A DNA stretch of 64,000 nt, from NCBI GenBank assembly GCA_003009755.1, contig PXUB01000029.1, positions 3,164 through 67,163 of the forward strand, in the 5' to 3' direction. The stretch is from Thermoplasmatales archaeon SW_10_69_26. GTDB lineage: Archaea > Thermoplasmatota > SW-10-69-26. Of the stretch, positions 28,668 through 38,395 are shown in pieces (positions within the stretch are counted from its first letter, which is position 1; every line of letters begins with the position of its first letter). Position numbers and translations under genes: made by a program. The notes under the pieces are model-generated. The model had not been told where the DNA came from. It worked only from the letters and a program-made list of their open reading frames with translations, and did not search any database.

Positions 28668-28913
28668 AACGACACCATCGCTCGTCGTGGGTCCCCGACG
28701 ACCGCCGCCGTGCCTCCGCGACGAAGGACGAGAACCCACAGGCGCAGGGCAACGCTGACGCCGGAGCCCTCAGGCGTGCTGTCTGCCCCGCCGGCTTCGG
28801 CGCGCCGCCGGCGAGGACCTCCAACATCTCCTACCGCCGTCACGTCGTCGCGGATCAGGGGTGTGAACCCGTTCGCGTCGATGGCCGCACCAGCCGTGGT
28901 ACCGTCCGGTCCG

Positions 28914-30071
28914 TCAACCTCTGTCGACCACGAGCAGGTGGATCGTCAACCGGCCGTGCTTGACGGTCTCGTCCTCGGCGACCGTCAACCCGCGCTCGTC
29001 GGCGATGCGGTGGACGAGGTCGGCTTTCGGCGTTAACAGGCCGATCCTGCCGTCGTCGGCGAGGCTGGCGAGGCCGGCATCGATGAGGTCCCGGTAGGTG
29101 TCCGCGAGCGGGGCCTCGCCCGAGCGGATGCCGTAGGGTGGGTTGGTGGCGACGAGCTCGGCGTCGTCGACGTGGTCGGGAAGTTGGCGGGCGTCGCCGG
29201 CGTAGGTGTCCACGAGGTCCGCGACGCCGGCGGCCTCGAGGTTGCGTTGGGCGCCCTCGACGTGGTTGGGGGCGTGGTCGCCGAGCACGAAGGCGGGCGC
29301 TTGCTCGCGGTCGACGAAGGCCTCCGGCGCGCCCAGGTTGGCCTGGTGCTCGGCGAGCGCGGGGGCGTGCCAGGCGAGCAGCTCGTCGCCGCGCAACCGC
29401 ATCGGGGACAGGCCCAGCGCCCGGCCGACGGCCTCGGTGACGAGCGTGCCGCCGCCGGCCATCGGGTCGGCGAACGGGCCCCTCGCGCGGTGGTCGGCCA
29501 GCTCGAGCAACGCGGCGGCCAGGGAGGCTTTCATGCCGGCGGGGTGGTCGTAGTCGCGGTAGCTGCGTCGGTGCAGGCCGGCTTGGCCGGCCAGGTCAAG
29601 CCACAGGCGGGTGTGGCCGGCGTCGTCCACGTGCACGCGGACGATCGCGTCGGGGGCCTCGAGGTCGACGGGAGGTCGGGTGCCGAGCTCGGTCGCGAGG
29701 TGGTCGTGCAGGCGGTCGCCGACGCGGGCGGCCAGCTCCATGCTGGTGAACTCGTGGTCGCCGGTGCGGTGGCCGCGCACGGCGAAGGGGCCCTCGGCGA
29801 ACCACGGGTCGACGTCGATCTCGTCCACGAGCGCGTCGAGCCCGTCCCAGGGGTCGTCGGGATCGAGCGAGCCGGCGGCCAGGACGAGACCGAGCCGGTG
29901 CAAGGTGCGCAGGCGGCCGATCGCGTCGGCGAGGTCGAGGGGTCCGTCGACGGTGAAGGTGGTCCAGCCGGCGTTGTCGAGCGCGTCGTCGACGGGGGTG
30001 AAGCCGTTGCGCTCGAGCTCGCGGTGGACGACGGGCCGGAGGCCGGGCGCGATCGTGGCGCAGGCGCGCAC
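28914..30071 (-). CDS. THUMP-domain RNA methyltransferase (Trm14/RlmL-like)
   Basis: ATIAPGL...REL, THUMP (FAVRGHR.GDHEFTS), DPMAGGGT, NPPYG; GTG 30071. Confidence 0.88.
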   Translation of the reverse strand: MRACATIAPGLRPVVHRELERNGFTPVDDALDNAGWTTFTVDGPLDLADAIGRLRTLHRLGLVLAAGSLDPDDPWDGLDALVDEIDVDPWFAEGPFAVRGHRTGDHEFTSMELAARVGDRLHDHLATELGTRPPVDLEAPDAIVRVHVDDAGHTRLWLDLAGQAGLHRRSYRDYDHPAGMKASLAAALLELADHRARGPFADPMAGGGTLVTEAVGRALGLSPMRLRGDELLAWHAPALAEHQANLGAPEAFVDREQAPAFVLGDHAPNHVEGAQRNLEAAGVADLVDTYAGDARQLPDHVDDAELVATNPPYGIRSGEAPLADTYRDLIDAGLASLADDGRIGLLTPKADLVHRIADERGLTVAEDETVKHGRLTIHLLVVDRG

Positions 30072-30419
30072 AGCGCGGGCAACGGGGGCCCCGGCAAGAA
30101 GGCCTCGGTTGCGGGGCCCACGATCGTCCGCCTGCACCGCCAAGCGTGCCTGAACCGCCTTGTGCGGGTCCTCGGGGGAGGCGGCTCGGGAGGGCCGAGG
30201 TGACGGCGATCCCGGTCTTCGGTCACCCGACCCTCGTCGGGCTCGCCGCGTTCGCCGGCGTGGGCGTCGTGGCCCTCGTCGGTCGGCAGCGCTGAGGGGA
30301 CCGACCCTCCGCGTAGCCGCGGGCTCGGCCCACGGCCTCCCACCGTCTGCCGTCCTCTCGCGACCTCGTCGCCGGCCAGGACCCGGTGGCTCTTAGGAGG
30401 CGAGGGGATTGGGCCCACG

Positions 30420-30962
30420 ATGCGCGTCGTCGCGACGACGGGGATGCCCGGTTCCGGCAAGTCGTTGGCCGTGGACGTGGCCGAGGAGCTGGGCTTCGAG
30501 ATCGTCGCCATGGGTGATCTCGTCCGGGAGGAGACCTGCAAGCGGGGGCTGCCGGCCGACCCGGAGAGCTTCGGCCAGGTCGCCAGCGAGGTCCGCGAGG
30601 ACGAGGGCCCGGGAGCCTGGGCCAAGCCGACGGCCGACCGCGTGGCCTCGCTCGAGGCCGAGGGCGCGCTCGTCGACGGGCTGCGCAACCTCGAAGAGTT
30701 GGAGATTCTGCGCGAGGAGCTGGGTCGGCACGTGCCCGTGATCGCGGTGCTGGCCTCGCCGGAGACCCGCTACCGGCGCATGCTGGCGCGGGGCCGTGCC
30801 GAGGACGCCGAGAGCGAGGACGAGCTGCACGAGCGCGACCTGCGCGAGCTGGGCTACGGGCTCGGCGACGTGATCGCGATGGCCGACGTCTACGTCGACA
30901 ACGAGGGCGATCCCGCCCAGACGAAGGCCACGCTGCGCGGCGTGCTGGGCGACGAAGGCTAG
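30420..30962 (+). CDS. UPF0200 nucleotide kinase (archaeal dephospho-CoA kinase-like)
   Basis: TGMPGSGKS, MGDLVREE, VDGLR, R.RAED, RD.REL.YG. Confidence 0.85.
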   Translation: MRVVATTGMPGSGKSLAVDVAEELGFEIVAMGDLVREETCKRGLPADPESFGQVASEVREDEGPGAWAKPTADRVASLEAEGALVDGLRNLEELEILREELGRHVPVIAVLASPETRYRRMLARGRAEDAESEDELHERDLRELGYGLGDVIAMADVYVDNEGDPAQTKATLRGVLGDEG

Positions 30963-30980
30963 ATCGAACCCATGGCGTTG

Positions 30981-31253
30981 GGTCTCCCGGAAATCCCGCA
31001 ACGTTTCCATGAACCGTTTGGCATCGTGGTAGGGATTGGTCCCGGGGCCGATATCCGCGACGACCGCCCGTGCAGGCGGCTCGGTCTCTTCGTTCGTCGC
31101 CCCCTCGCTCTGGGGCGACTCCGTCGCCGCTGGGGGTCCCTCCTCTCCGCCGATGCATCCCGCGAGGCCAGCCACCGCGAAAGCGGCGACCAGCATCGAG
31201 AGGCGAAGCGTAGAGAGGGGCCCGCGAGGGCCTCTCGGCCGACCCGTTAACAC
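30981..31253 (-). pseudogene. Internally deleted mini-paralog of the neighbouring S8 lipoprotein
   Basis: LAGC lipobox + RAVVADIGPGTNPYH joined in frame to DAKRFMETLRDFRET; no stop codon of its own. Confidence 0.8.
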
Positions 31254-31347
31254 ATCGTTGCAGAACCGCGCAGCCTCGGACTTGCGTATTCACTGGTCGG
31301 TAGAAGAACGCTGCCCACCTGTCCTACAAAAAGGGACAAGACTCCCC

Positions 31348-32721
31348 TCACGACTCGGATTCATTCGGCCACGGGTACAGTGTCTCGCGGAAATCCCGGA
31401 AAGCCTGCATGAACCGCTTGGCATTCTCGGACTTCTCCGGCAGCTCGCCGTTCCCCAAGACCACGTTCAACGCCCTCTCGGTCTCGTTGTCTCCCACGTA
31501 TCCCCAACCCATCTGCACGTAGGGGCCCGGACCAGCGGGGGTTCTGAGCTGGGTTCCACACTCGTGCCTGTAGTCGCCCGTTTCGAAGTACGTTGCGGAG
31601 TGGTGGATCGCGGTTCGTAGCTCGGGCAACTGCAGGCGTCCGTCTGCCAAGGGCGAGTCCGGGACCGGGCTCCCCTTCCACATCGTGGCGTTCTCCGAGT
31701 TCGAAGGCGGACCAGGGCCCTGAGACCGACGGAGCTCGAGGAGCAGCTCGCCGAGCTCGCCGGCGATCTGAGGGGCCGCGAACGAGGTTCCGGATATGTT
31801 GGATCTTGCGGTCACGTGCGCGGGCTCGGGCAAGCGCTGGGTGAAATCGCCGACCACCTCCGGCGGTTTACCCGCCAGGCTCTCACTGCTATCGCATTCG
31901 GGGTGGGCTCCCCCAGCCAGATAGACCCAGGGTGGGAACTGGACCTCGGCAAGCGGGAACGGGTTCACATTCGGTCGGAACCCGGTCACGACCTGGTTGC
32001 CGGAGAAGGCCACGAACGGGGTCCCTGACTCCCAAACTTCGTACGTCGCCTCTGCGAACTCGCGATCCCCCTGGAAGGCGGTCTCGCTCCGATCCCCGAG
32101 AAGGAAGCTCGAGGTGGCGACGTCCACGTAGGTGAGGTTTCGAGCCATTTCCCGGACTGATCCGCCATCGAGACTGTTGCCATCTTGGACAGCCAGGACG
32201 TAGCAGCGCTGGCAGGCATCGTTCACCGCCCCCGCCGTTGCCGCCCCGTGGGAACCCGTGCCGTCGTCCGAAGCTCGGCCGGTCGGTTGTTCCGAACACC
32301 TTACACCCTGGTCCTCACAGTCCCACGGCCGCGCCGTCCACAGGAGAAGGTTGGTTTGCTCGACCCAGTAGACCTGCCCGCGTTCGTAGGCCTCCCAGAC
32401 CTTCTCGTCGGCTCGGAGGTTCTCGGTGTAGTCCCCCGAGAACGTCAGGTTCAACGTCGGGATCGAGCACGGCAGACCCGGCACGCTGTGACAGGGATGC
32501 GCCGTCCAGTTCGGGCGGCGGAACGCCTCGTGGTAGGGATTCGTGCCCGGCCCGATGTCCGCGACGACCGCGCGCTCGGGCGCATCCGGTGCGGCTTGCG
32601 TATCGTTGGTGGAGGGCTCGACGGGTGTTGTCGAATTGGTCTCCGTGCCGACGCAGCCGCTCAGCGCGGACCCGACAAGCAACGCCGCGATCAGCACAGG
32701 CACCCAGCTCTCGGAGGCCAC
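31348..32721 (-). CDS. S8 subtilase-like lipoprotein
   Basis: LSGC lipobox; VVADIGPGTNPYH, SHGAATAG, FSGN, SGTSFAAP; GTG 32721 inferred. Confidence 0.85.
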   Translation of the reverse strand: MASESWVPVLIAALLVGSALSGCVGTETNSTTPVEPSTNDTQAAPDAPERAVVADIGPGTNPYHEAFRRPNWTAHPCHSVPGLPCSIPTLNLTFSGDYTENLRADEKVWEAYERGQVYWVEQTNLLLWTARPWDCEDQGVRCSEQPTGRASDDGTGSHGAATAGAVNDACQRCYVLAVQDGNSLDGGSVREMARNLTYVDVATSSFLLGDRSETAFQGDREFAEATYEVWESGTPFVAFSGNQVVTGFRPNVNPFPLAEVQFPPWVYLAGGAHPECDSSESLAGKPPEVVGDFTQRLPEPAHVTARSNISGTSFAAPQIAGELGELLLELRRSQGPGPPSNSENATMWKGSPVPDSPLADGRLQLPELRTAIHHSATYFETGDYRHECGTQLRTPAGPGPYVQMGWGYVGDNETERALNVVLGNGELPEKSENAKRFMQAFRDFRETLYPWPNESES

Positions 32722-32895
32722 TGTAGCTCTCAAATAGTTCAAAGAACCGTATGAACTTTCCGTACGACCTCTTGTCGGACGGGATACCCGCCGGGGAGGA
32801 CTGTCCCCGGCGGACCCGTCTCCACGCCTCTGTAGCCCGAACTCCCGGAAGTTGCCCGACGTGGAAGCCATCCACCAGTGAGCCTCGGCCGCCGG

Positions 32896-33711
32896 TCACA
32901 CGGGGTCCGGCACCGGTCGGGCCGCCCGCGCCGTCGACAGCGCCCACGCGACCCCACCCCAGGCGAGGTAGGCCAGCAGGCCGGCGGCCACGAGCGGCAG
33001 GTGGGGCAACGACAGGTGCAGGCCGAGCAGGAACGCGCCGGCGGCGGCCACGCCGTCGGGCACGCTGGCGGCCTGGTCGAAGGCGTCCTGCGGGTCGAGC
33101 ACGAGCGCCCCGCCGACGACGATCGTCGTCACGTTGGCGGGGAACACGGACGCGATCCCGCCCCACACCGGGCCCAGCAGGTCGGCCGCCAGCGTCGCCG
33201 CCAGCACGAGCAAGCCCCCGACGAGCGCCGGCACCCCGTAGCGGAGCACCGCGCCCCCGGCGACCCCCGGCGACCGGGAGGACAGTCCCGGCTGGGCGGC
33301 CCGGGCCCGGCGGACGGCGAGCACCGAGAACGCGTAGGCGAGCCCGACGAGGCCCAGGTTCAGGCCCAAGGCCAACCCGGCCCCGGCCCACAGGTAGGGC
33401 CCCACGATGGCCGCGTAGACCGCCAGGCCGCCGGCCAGCGCCCCCCAGGGGTGATCGGGGCCGCGAGCGAGCAGCAGGGCCAGCGCGGTCGCGTAAACGA
33501 TCACGGCCGCGATCCCGAACAGGGACGAGACCGCCGTCTCGGCCGCGAAGGCGCCGCCGTGCTCGTAGGCGATGACGAACAGGCTGACGGCCGAGGTCTT
33601 CGGCACGGCGCTGACGACCCCGCCGACGCGAGCGTCCACGTTGTCGCTGATCCAGAGGGCGAGCCCGACGACGGTCGCGCCGAGGGCGAAGCGGACGAGC
33701 AGGGCGAGCAC
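32896..33711 (-). CDS. DUF3147-like multi-TM membrane protein
   Basis: Two similar halves (GGVVSAVP / GGIASVFP); hydrophobic. Confidence 0.75.
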   Translation of the reverse strand: MLALLVRFALGATVVGLALWISDNVDARVGGVVSAVPKTSAVSLFVIAYEHGGAFAAETAVSSLFGIAAVIVYATALALLLARGPDHPWGALAGGLAVYAAIVGPYLWAGAGLALGLNLGLVGLAYAFSVLAVRRARAAQPGLSSRSPGVAGGAVLRYGVPALVGGLLVLAATLAADLLGPVWGGIASVFPANVTTIVVGGALVLDPQDAFDQAASVPDGVAAAGAFLLGLHLSLPHLPLVAAGLLAYLAWGGVAWALSTARAARPVPDPV

Positions 33712-33738
33712 GTGGCAGCCGCCTTCAACCAGCCCAGC

Positions 33739-34890
33739 CTAAAGCCTTGGGTCTCGTGCAGTCGAGGGCCGATCGCGGCTCGGGGCGCCGGTCGAGAGCG
33801 CAACGTTTCCCAGCCCACGGCGAGCTCCGAACCCGTGCGAGGCCTGGGCCCGAGTGGGGCTGGCGAGAGACGCGAGGGACCCCCGACCCGTGAGGAGGGA
33901 CCGGCGGGCGAGGAGCCCCCGGGCGCTCACCCCGGCGCCGGTCTGCAGGGCCGTCTCCATGAGCTCGTCGATCTCGGGGTCCTTGGCGAGCTCGTCGGCG
34001 ACGAGCAGCGTCTCGACGGCGCCGAGGTCGAGCGCGTGCTCGACCTGGTCGGGGCCGTAGGTGGCCAGGCCGTCGGTGCCGATGCGTTCGAGCAGCTCCT
34101 CGACGGCTTGGGTCTCCTCGCTGATGCGCGAGGACTCGGCGACCTGTTCGACGAGGCCGCGGTTCATCGCCTCGTGCACGCCCCGCATGCCGGGGTGGGC
34201 GGCGGCCTCGGTCACGATCTGCTCGACGCCCTCGACGGGGTCGTCCTCGAGGTAGGTGACGAAGTGCTCGCGCGCGAACCCGGGCCCGACGATGATCAGC
34301 GGGCAGTCGTCGGGGGCGGTCGTGGCCAGCACGTTGCGGATCGCCTCGTGGTAGGCCTTGTCGTCGCGCTCGGCGTCGTACATCTTGCCGCCGCCGTGCC
34401 GGGTCTGGGTGGCGATCTCGCGGGGCCCGAACTGGTGGAGCACGGCCACGGTGGCCTCCTCGTCGTCCATGGCGACGATCACGACCGTGGGCTCGGTGGT
34501 GGCTTCGACGGCCTCGTCGACGCGTTCGAGCTGGTGCTGGGGCCAGCCCTCGGGTTTGAAGATCTCGACCCAGTCGTGCTCCTCGAGGCTGATCGTGTGG
34601 TGGGTGCCGCGGGCGACCTCCTCGGGGCCTTCCTCGATGACGCCGAGCACGCGCAGGCGCTGGGTGGCCTCGTGGAACTCGACGCTTTCGACGTCGATGC
34701 CGAGGGTGACGGTGACGCGCTGGGATTCCTTGTCGCGCACCATGTCGCGGTCGTCCTCCAGGCGGCGGTCGGTGACACCGCGCACGCGGTCGCCGGGGCG
34801 GATGATGTGGGACAGGTGCCACAGGTCGTCCATCCGGTCGACGCGCAGCTTGATGCGCCCGGTGTCCTTGTCCTGCTCGAGGACCTTCAC
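33739..34890 (-). CDS. pelA: Pelota/Dom34 ribosome-rescue factor with an aberrant C-terminus
   Basis: DDLWHLSHIIRPGD.V.G.T.R, RLRVLG.I, G.HHTI, GPGF.R, ATYG...V..A...GAVE.LLV; homology ends at about residue 321. Confidence 0.9.
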   Translation of the reverse strand: MKVLEQDKDTGRIKLRVDRMDDLWHLSHIIRPGDRVRGVTDRRLEDDRDMVRDKESQRVTVTLGIDVESVEFHEATQRLRVLGVIEEGPEEVARGTHHTISLEEHDWVEIFKPEGWPQHQLERVDEAVEATTEPTVVIVAMDDEEATVAVLHQFGPREIATQTRHGGGKMYDAERDDKAYHEAIRNVLATTAPDDCPLIIVGPGFAREHFVTYLEDDPVEGVEQIVTEAAAHPGMRGVHEAMNRGLVEQVAESSRISEETQAVEELLERIGTDGLATYGPDQVEHALDLGAVETLLVADELAKDPEIDELMETALQTGAGVSARGLLARRSLLTGRGSLASLASPTRAQASHGFGARRGLGNVALSTGAPSRDRPSTARDPRL

Positions 34891-36890
34891 TGGTCCACCT
34901 CGGACAGCGCCTGCTCGTTGATGCCTTTCGAGCGGACGATGCGCAGGTCGCCGGGCGGGAGCACGCGTTGGATCTCCTCGACGGGGACGTCGAACAGCTC
35001 GGAGAGGATCGAGGCGAGCTTGCCGGGGCGGGTGTTGCCGGGCTCGAGCACGAGGTAGCTCTCGGAGTGGTGCTCGACGCTGGCGACGGGGCCGCCCATG
35101 ATCTTGAGGTGGCCATCGTGGCGGACGCGGCCGACCCCGATCTGGACCGGGGCGCGGATGTGGTTGCGGGTGCCGCGGATCATGAACGAGCCGGTGGGCA
35201 GGTACTCGCCGGACTCGGGCGTCTTCGAGACCTGGGGTGGGGTGACCCAGTAGGCGGTGCCGCGGCCGACCTTGTTCGTCCAGGCCTTCGAGTAGGAGAC
35301 GGCGAACTGGGCGGCCTCGGTCAGGGCTTCCTCGGGCACGTCCCCGTCCTCGGCTTTGATGACGACGCTGGGGGCGCCGGGTTCGCTGCTGTGGACGTAG
35401 CGGTCGTCGTTCTCGAGGTGCTTTTTGACGACCTTCTCGTTGCTCTTGGCGTCGCGGCCGCCGACCACGAGGTGGCCGGTGGAGGCCTTGGTCCAGCGGA
35501 ACTTGTCGAACCAGAACTGCTGGGTGGGTTCGGGCTCGGCGCGCTTGGCCTCGAGCTCCTCGACGATCTCCTCACCGCGCTCCTCGACCTCCGTCAGGCG
35601 TTGCTTGGTCTCGGCCAGCGCCTTGCGAGCGCCGTCCTGCTTCTCGCGCAGCTCCTTGGCTTCCTCGTAGAGGCGCTCGGCGTTGCGGCCGACGTTGTCC
35701 TGGAAGTCGACCTCGATCTCGTGCATGGTACCCTCCCGGTCGGGCATGGCGAGCACGATGGCTCCGTTCTCGGGCTTGGGCTGGCTAAGACGGACGTTGC
35801 CGGATTCGATGTCCTCCTCGAACACCGGGCCCCAGCCCTCCTCGTCGTGCAGCTCGCGCGTGTGCTCGAGCACGGCCTCGACGTCCTGGAAGTGGGCGTA
35901 CAGCAGGTCGCCGTGGTCTTGGCTGATCTCCTCCTGCTCGGCGAACCCGCGGATCCGGTCGCCGATGTCCTCGATCTGACGCTCGAGGCGCTGTTTCATC
36001 TCCTCGACCTCGTCGAGGCGCTGGTCGCCGATGCCCTCCTCGACGTGGGGGCCGAACAGCTCGTCGTGGGCGGCCGAGAGGGTCTCGACGCGCTCCTGCT
36101 CGAGGTGGCTGTGGATCTCCAGGGGCAGCGGGGTGGCGGTCAACGGCTCGCCGTCCTCGTCGCGCACGAGCACGGGCTCGGGGTCTTCGACGACCTGATC
36201 GATCATGTCCATGACCTCGCGCGTCACGGTGGCCAGATCGTCGCTGGACAGCTCGTCGGGTTCGGCGGTCTTGGGCACGCCGGTCCGCTCGCAGACCTCC
36301 TCGGCGTAGACGGGGCCGAGGTTGCCGAGGCTGGACAGGGTGCGCACCATGTCGCTGTCGGAGTCGCGCAGCACCTCGATGTACTGGGGCTCGGTCGCGG
36401 TGCGCGGGTTGATCTCGCTGGGCGGGTAGCGCCACTCGGCGTTGGGCCGGATCTCGCGCTCGGCCCACTCGGTGTGGATCAACGGCAGCACGATCTCGTC
36501 GTCCTTGGCGAGGATCACGTTGCCGTCGTGGAAGCTCTGGACGATGATCTTGTACTCGCCGTCGCGCTTGCCGACGGTGAACTCGAGGATGCGGTCGAAC
36601 TCGTGTTGTTGGACGTCGAGCACGCGGCCGCCGGCGATGAACTCGCGGACCTGCTTGCTGAACTCGGGCGGTTGCTTGGGGTTGTCGCGGGAGCGGGTGG
36701 TGTGCGTGATGTAGCGGCCGAGGCCGATGGCGACGTCGTAGCGGCCCTCGCCGGGGGCGCGGAACGACAACAGGACCTCGTCGCGGCTGGGTTGGTAGCA
36801 CTTGTCGAAGTTGCCGTCCACGAGCGTCTGGAACTCCCGTTCCAGGCACAGCAGGTCGAAGCCGGACATCTCGCGCTTGCGGTTGGTCAC
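34887..36890 (-). CDS. rqcH: Archaeal Rqc2/NFACT ribosome quality-control factor
   Basis: MSGFD...L..E, HDGNVIL, WFDKFRW......LVVGGRDAKSNE.VVKK, VSKTPESGEYLPTGSFMIRG. Confidence 0.93.
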   Translation of the reverse strand: MTNRKREMSGFDLLCLEREFQTLVDGNFDKCYQPSRDEVLLSFRAPGEGRYDVAIGLGRYITHTTRSRDNPKQPPEFSKQVREFIAGGRVLDVQQHEFDRILEFTVGKRDGEYKIIVQSFHDGNVILAKDDEIVLPLIHTEWAEREIRPNAEWRYPPSEINPRTATEPQYIEVLRDSDSDMVRTLSSLGNLGPVYAEEVCERTGVPKTAEPDELSSDDLATVTREVMDMIDQVVEDPEPVLVRDEDGEPLTATPLPLEIHSHLEQERVETLSAAHDELFGPHVEEGIGDQRLDEVEEMKQRLERQIEDIGDRIRGFAEQEEISQDHGDLLYAHFQDVEAVLEHTRELHDEEGWGPVFEEDIESGNVRLSQPKPENGAIVLAMPDREGTMHEIEVDFQDNVGRNAERLYEEAKELREKQDGARKALAETKQRLTEVEERGEEIVEELEAKRAEPEPTQQFWFDKFRWTKASTGHLVVGGRDAKSNEKVVKKHLENDDRYVHSSEPGAPSVVIKAEDGDVPEEALTEAAQFAVSYSKAWTNKVGRGTAYWVTPPQVSKTPESGEYLPTGSFMIRGTRNHIRAPVQIGVGRVRHDGHLKIMGGPVASVEHHSESYLVLEPGNTRPGKLASILSELFDVPVEEIQRVLPPGDLRIVRSKGINEQALSEVDQ

Positions 36891-36942
36891 GGACGGCACC
36901 TCCGGTGGAGGGCCCAGGCGGGCCGACGGGCGGTTGAGAGGG

Positions 36943-37146
36943 TCACTGGAAGACCATCGGGCCGACGACGAGCAGCAGGAAGCCGAGCGCGAGCAGGCCG
37001 TAGGTGATGTACATCATGCGCTTGCGCTTGTTCTCCTGCTCGGCGACCTCGTCGGCGCATTCGTCGCTGCAGGTCTCCTCGCCGAAGGGGATGGCCTTGT
37101 CGCACGTGACGCAATGGGAGTGGTTGGCTACCTTGGGGACCGCCAT
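36943..37146 (-). CDS. DUF2116-family Zn-ribbon membrane protein
   Basis: H.HC..C.KAIP..E..CS.EC followed by a TM helix. Confidence 0.88.
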   Translation of the reverse strand: MAVPKVANHSHCVTCDKAIPFGEETCSDECADEVAEQENKRKRMMYITYGLLALGFLLLVVGPMVFQ

Positions 37147-37193
37147 CGATGGCAGTGAGCCCGCGGTCTGCCAAAAAGGCTGGGTTGGCGTAC

Positions 37194-37880
37194 TCAGGGT
37201 GCTTCGACGACCGTCGTGCCCTCGAACGCGACCCCGTCGACGGCGCTGGCGACGTTGGCTTGGTCGTCGCCGTCGACGACGCGGGTCTCGATGCCGGAGC
37301 GTTGGATGATCTGGGCGGCCAAGGGGTCGACGACGGCGGAGTGCCCGGCCTCGCGGCCGGCGCCGGTGATGCCGACGAGGTCGCTGAACGAGATCTCGTC
37401 CAGGCGGTCGGCGTCGGGATCGCGCTTGGGGTCGCTCGTGTAGACGCCGTCGACGTTCGTGACGACGACGAGGCGCTGGGCGCCCAGGCGTTCGGCGGTC
37501 ATCGCGGCGACGGCGTCGGTCGTGTGCCCAGGGTGGGTGCCGCCCATGCACACGCGGTCGTAACTGCGGAGGGCGGTGGCCGCCTCGTCGAAGTCCTCGG
37601 CCGGTTTCGGATAGGCTTGGTCGCCGAAGGCGGCGACGAGCAGGCGAGCGTTGGCGCGCGTGAGCTGGATGCCCAGCTCGTCGAGGCCGGATTCGTCGAG
37701 CCCGAGCTCGCGGGCGGCCGAGATGTAGGTGCGGGCGGCCGCGCCGCCGCCGACGACGATCGCCAGCGGTGCCTCGATCCGCTCGAGCGTGGAGGCGAAG
37801 GCCTCGATCGGTGGGGCCTTCACCTGCTCGCCGGCGAGCACGCTTCCCCCGACGGAGACGACGACCGGTGGCTGGGACAC
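37194..37880 (-). CDS. pyrH: UMP kinase
   Basis: VVSVGGSV, VVGGG..AR.YI, GGT.PGHTTDAVAA, NVDGVYTSDP; GTG 37880. Confidence 0.96.
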   Translation of the reverse strand: MSQPPVVVSVGGSVLAGEQVKAPPIEAFASTLERIEAPLAIVVGGGAAARTYISAARELGLDESGLDELGIQLTRANARLLVAAFGDQAYPKPAEDFDEAATALRSYDRVCMGGTHPGHTTDAVAAMTAERLGAQRLVVVTNVDGVYTSDPKRDPDADRLDEISFSDLVGITGAGREAGHSAVVDPLAAQIIQRSGIETRVVDGDDQANVASAVDGVAFEGTTVVEAP

Positions 37881-38395
37881 GCGTGGTCGTATCGGCCGGG
37901 CCAAGAAAAGACTGCCGGCCTCGCGCCGCTCGTCGTGGTATCCGGTCGAGATCTCCTCGCACGCTCCACCCCCTCCTCCACCCACCGCGCAAACGATGCA
38001 ACAAGGGACGGCTGGGCAAGCCGACCGAACGCCTCAGCCGGCGTCTGGAACGCCTCCCGGGCGAATCCAGGACGAGCCGTTCCTGGCTCATTCTCCGAGA
38101 ACAACTACAACAGAGCCGGCGACCACCCGGGAAGCCAATTGCCGGGGGACCTCCATTGACTCCGGTCACCTCGCAACGCCAGGACCCGCCAGCCGTTCAC
38201 CGAGGAGCTCAGAGGCCCACGCGCGATCCACCGGACGATGCTTCTCAATCGCTATCCAGGGGACATGACCTATCCGATGCGGGTCCGCCAGAGAGATCGT
38301 TTCGGGAGCGACCTAACGAGTCCCTGGTCTTTATTCGGCTGAGTCCGGTGGCTGGAATGTGAGGGGTCGTACCCATTCGCTATATCGTTCTCATC

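Noticed and set aside
38285-38315. Further family A/D copy (CGCCAGAGA, TCGGGAGCGACC)
   Set aside because: Only 9-12 nt matches without the paired arm; compatible with chance.
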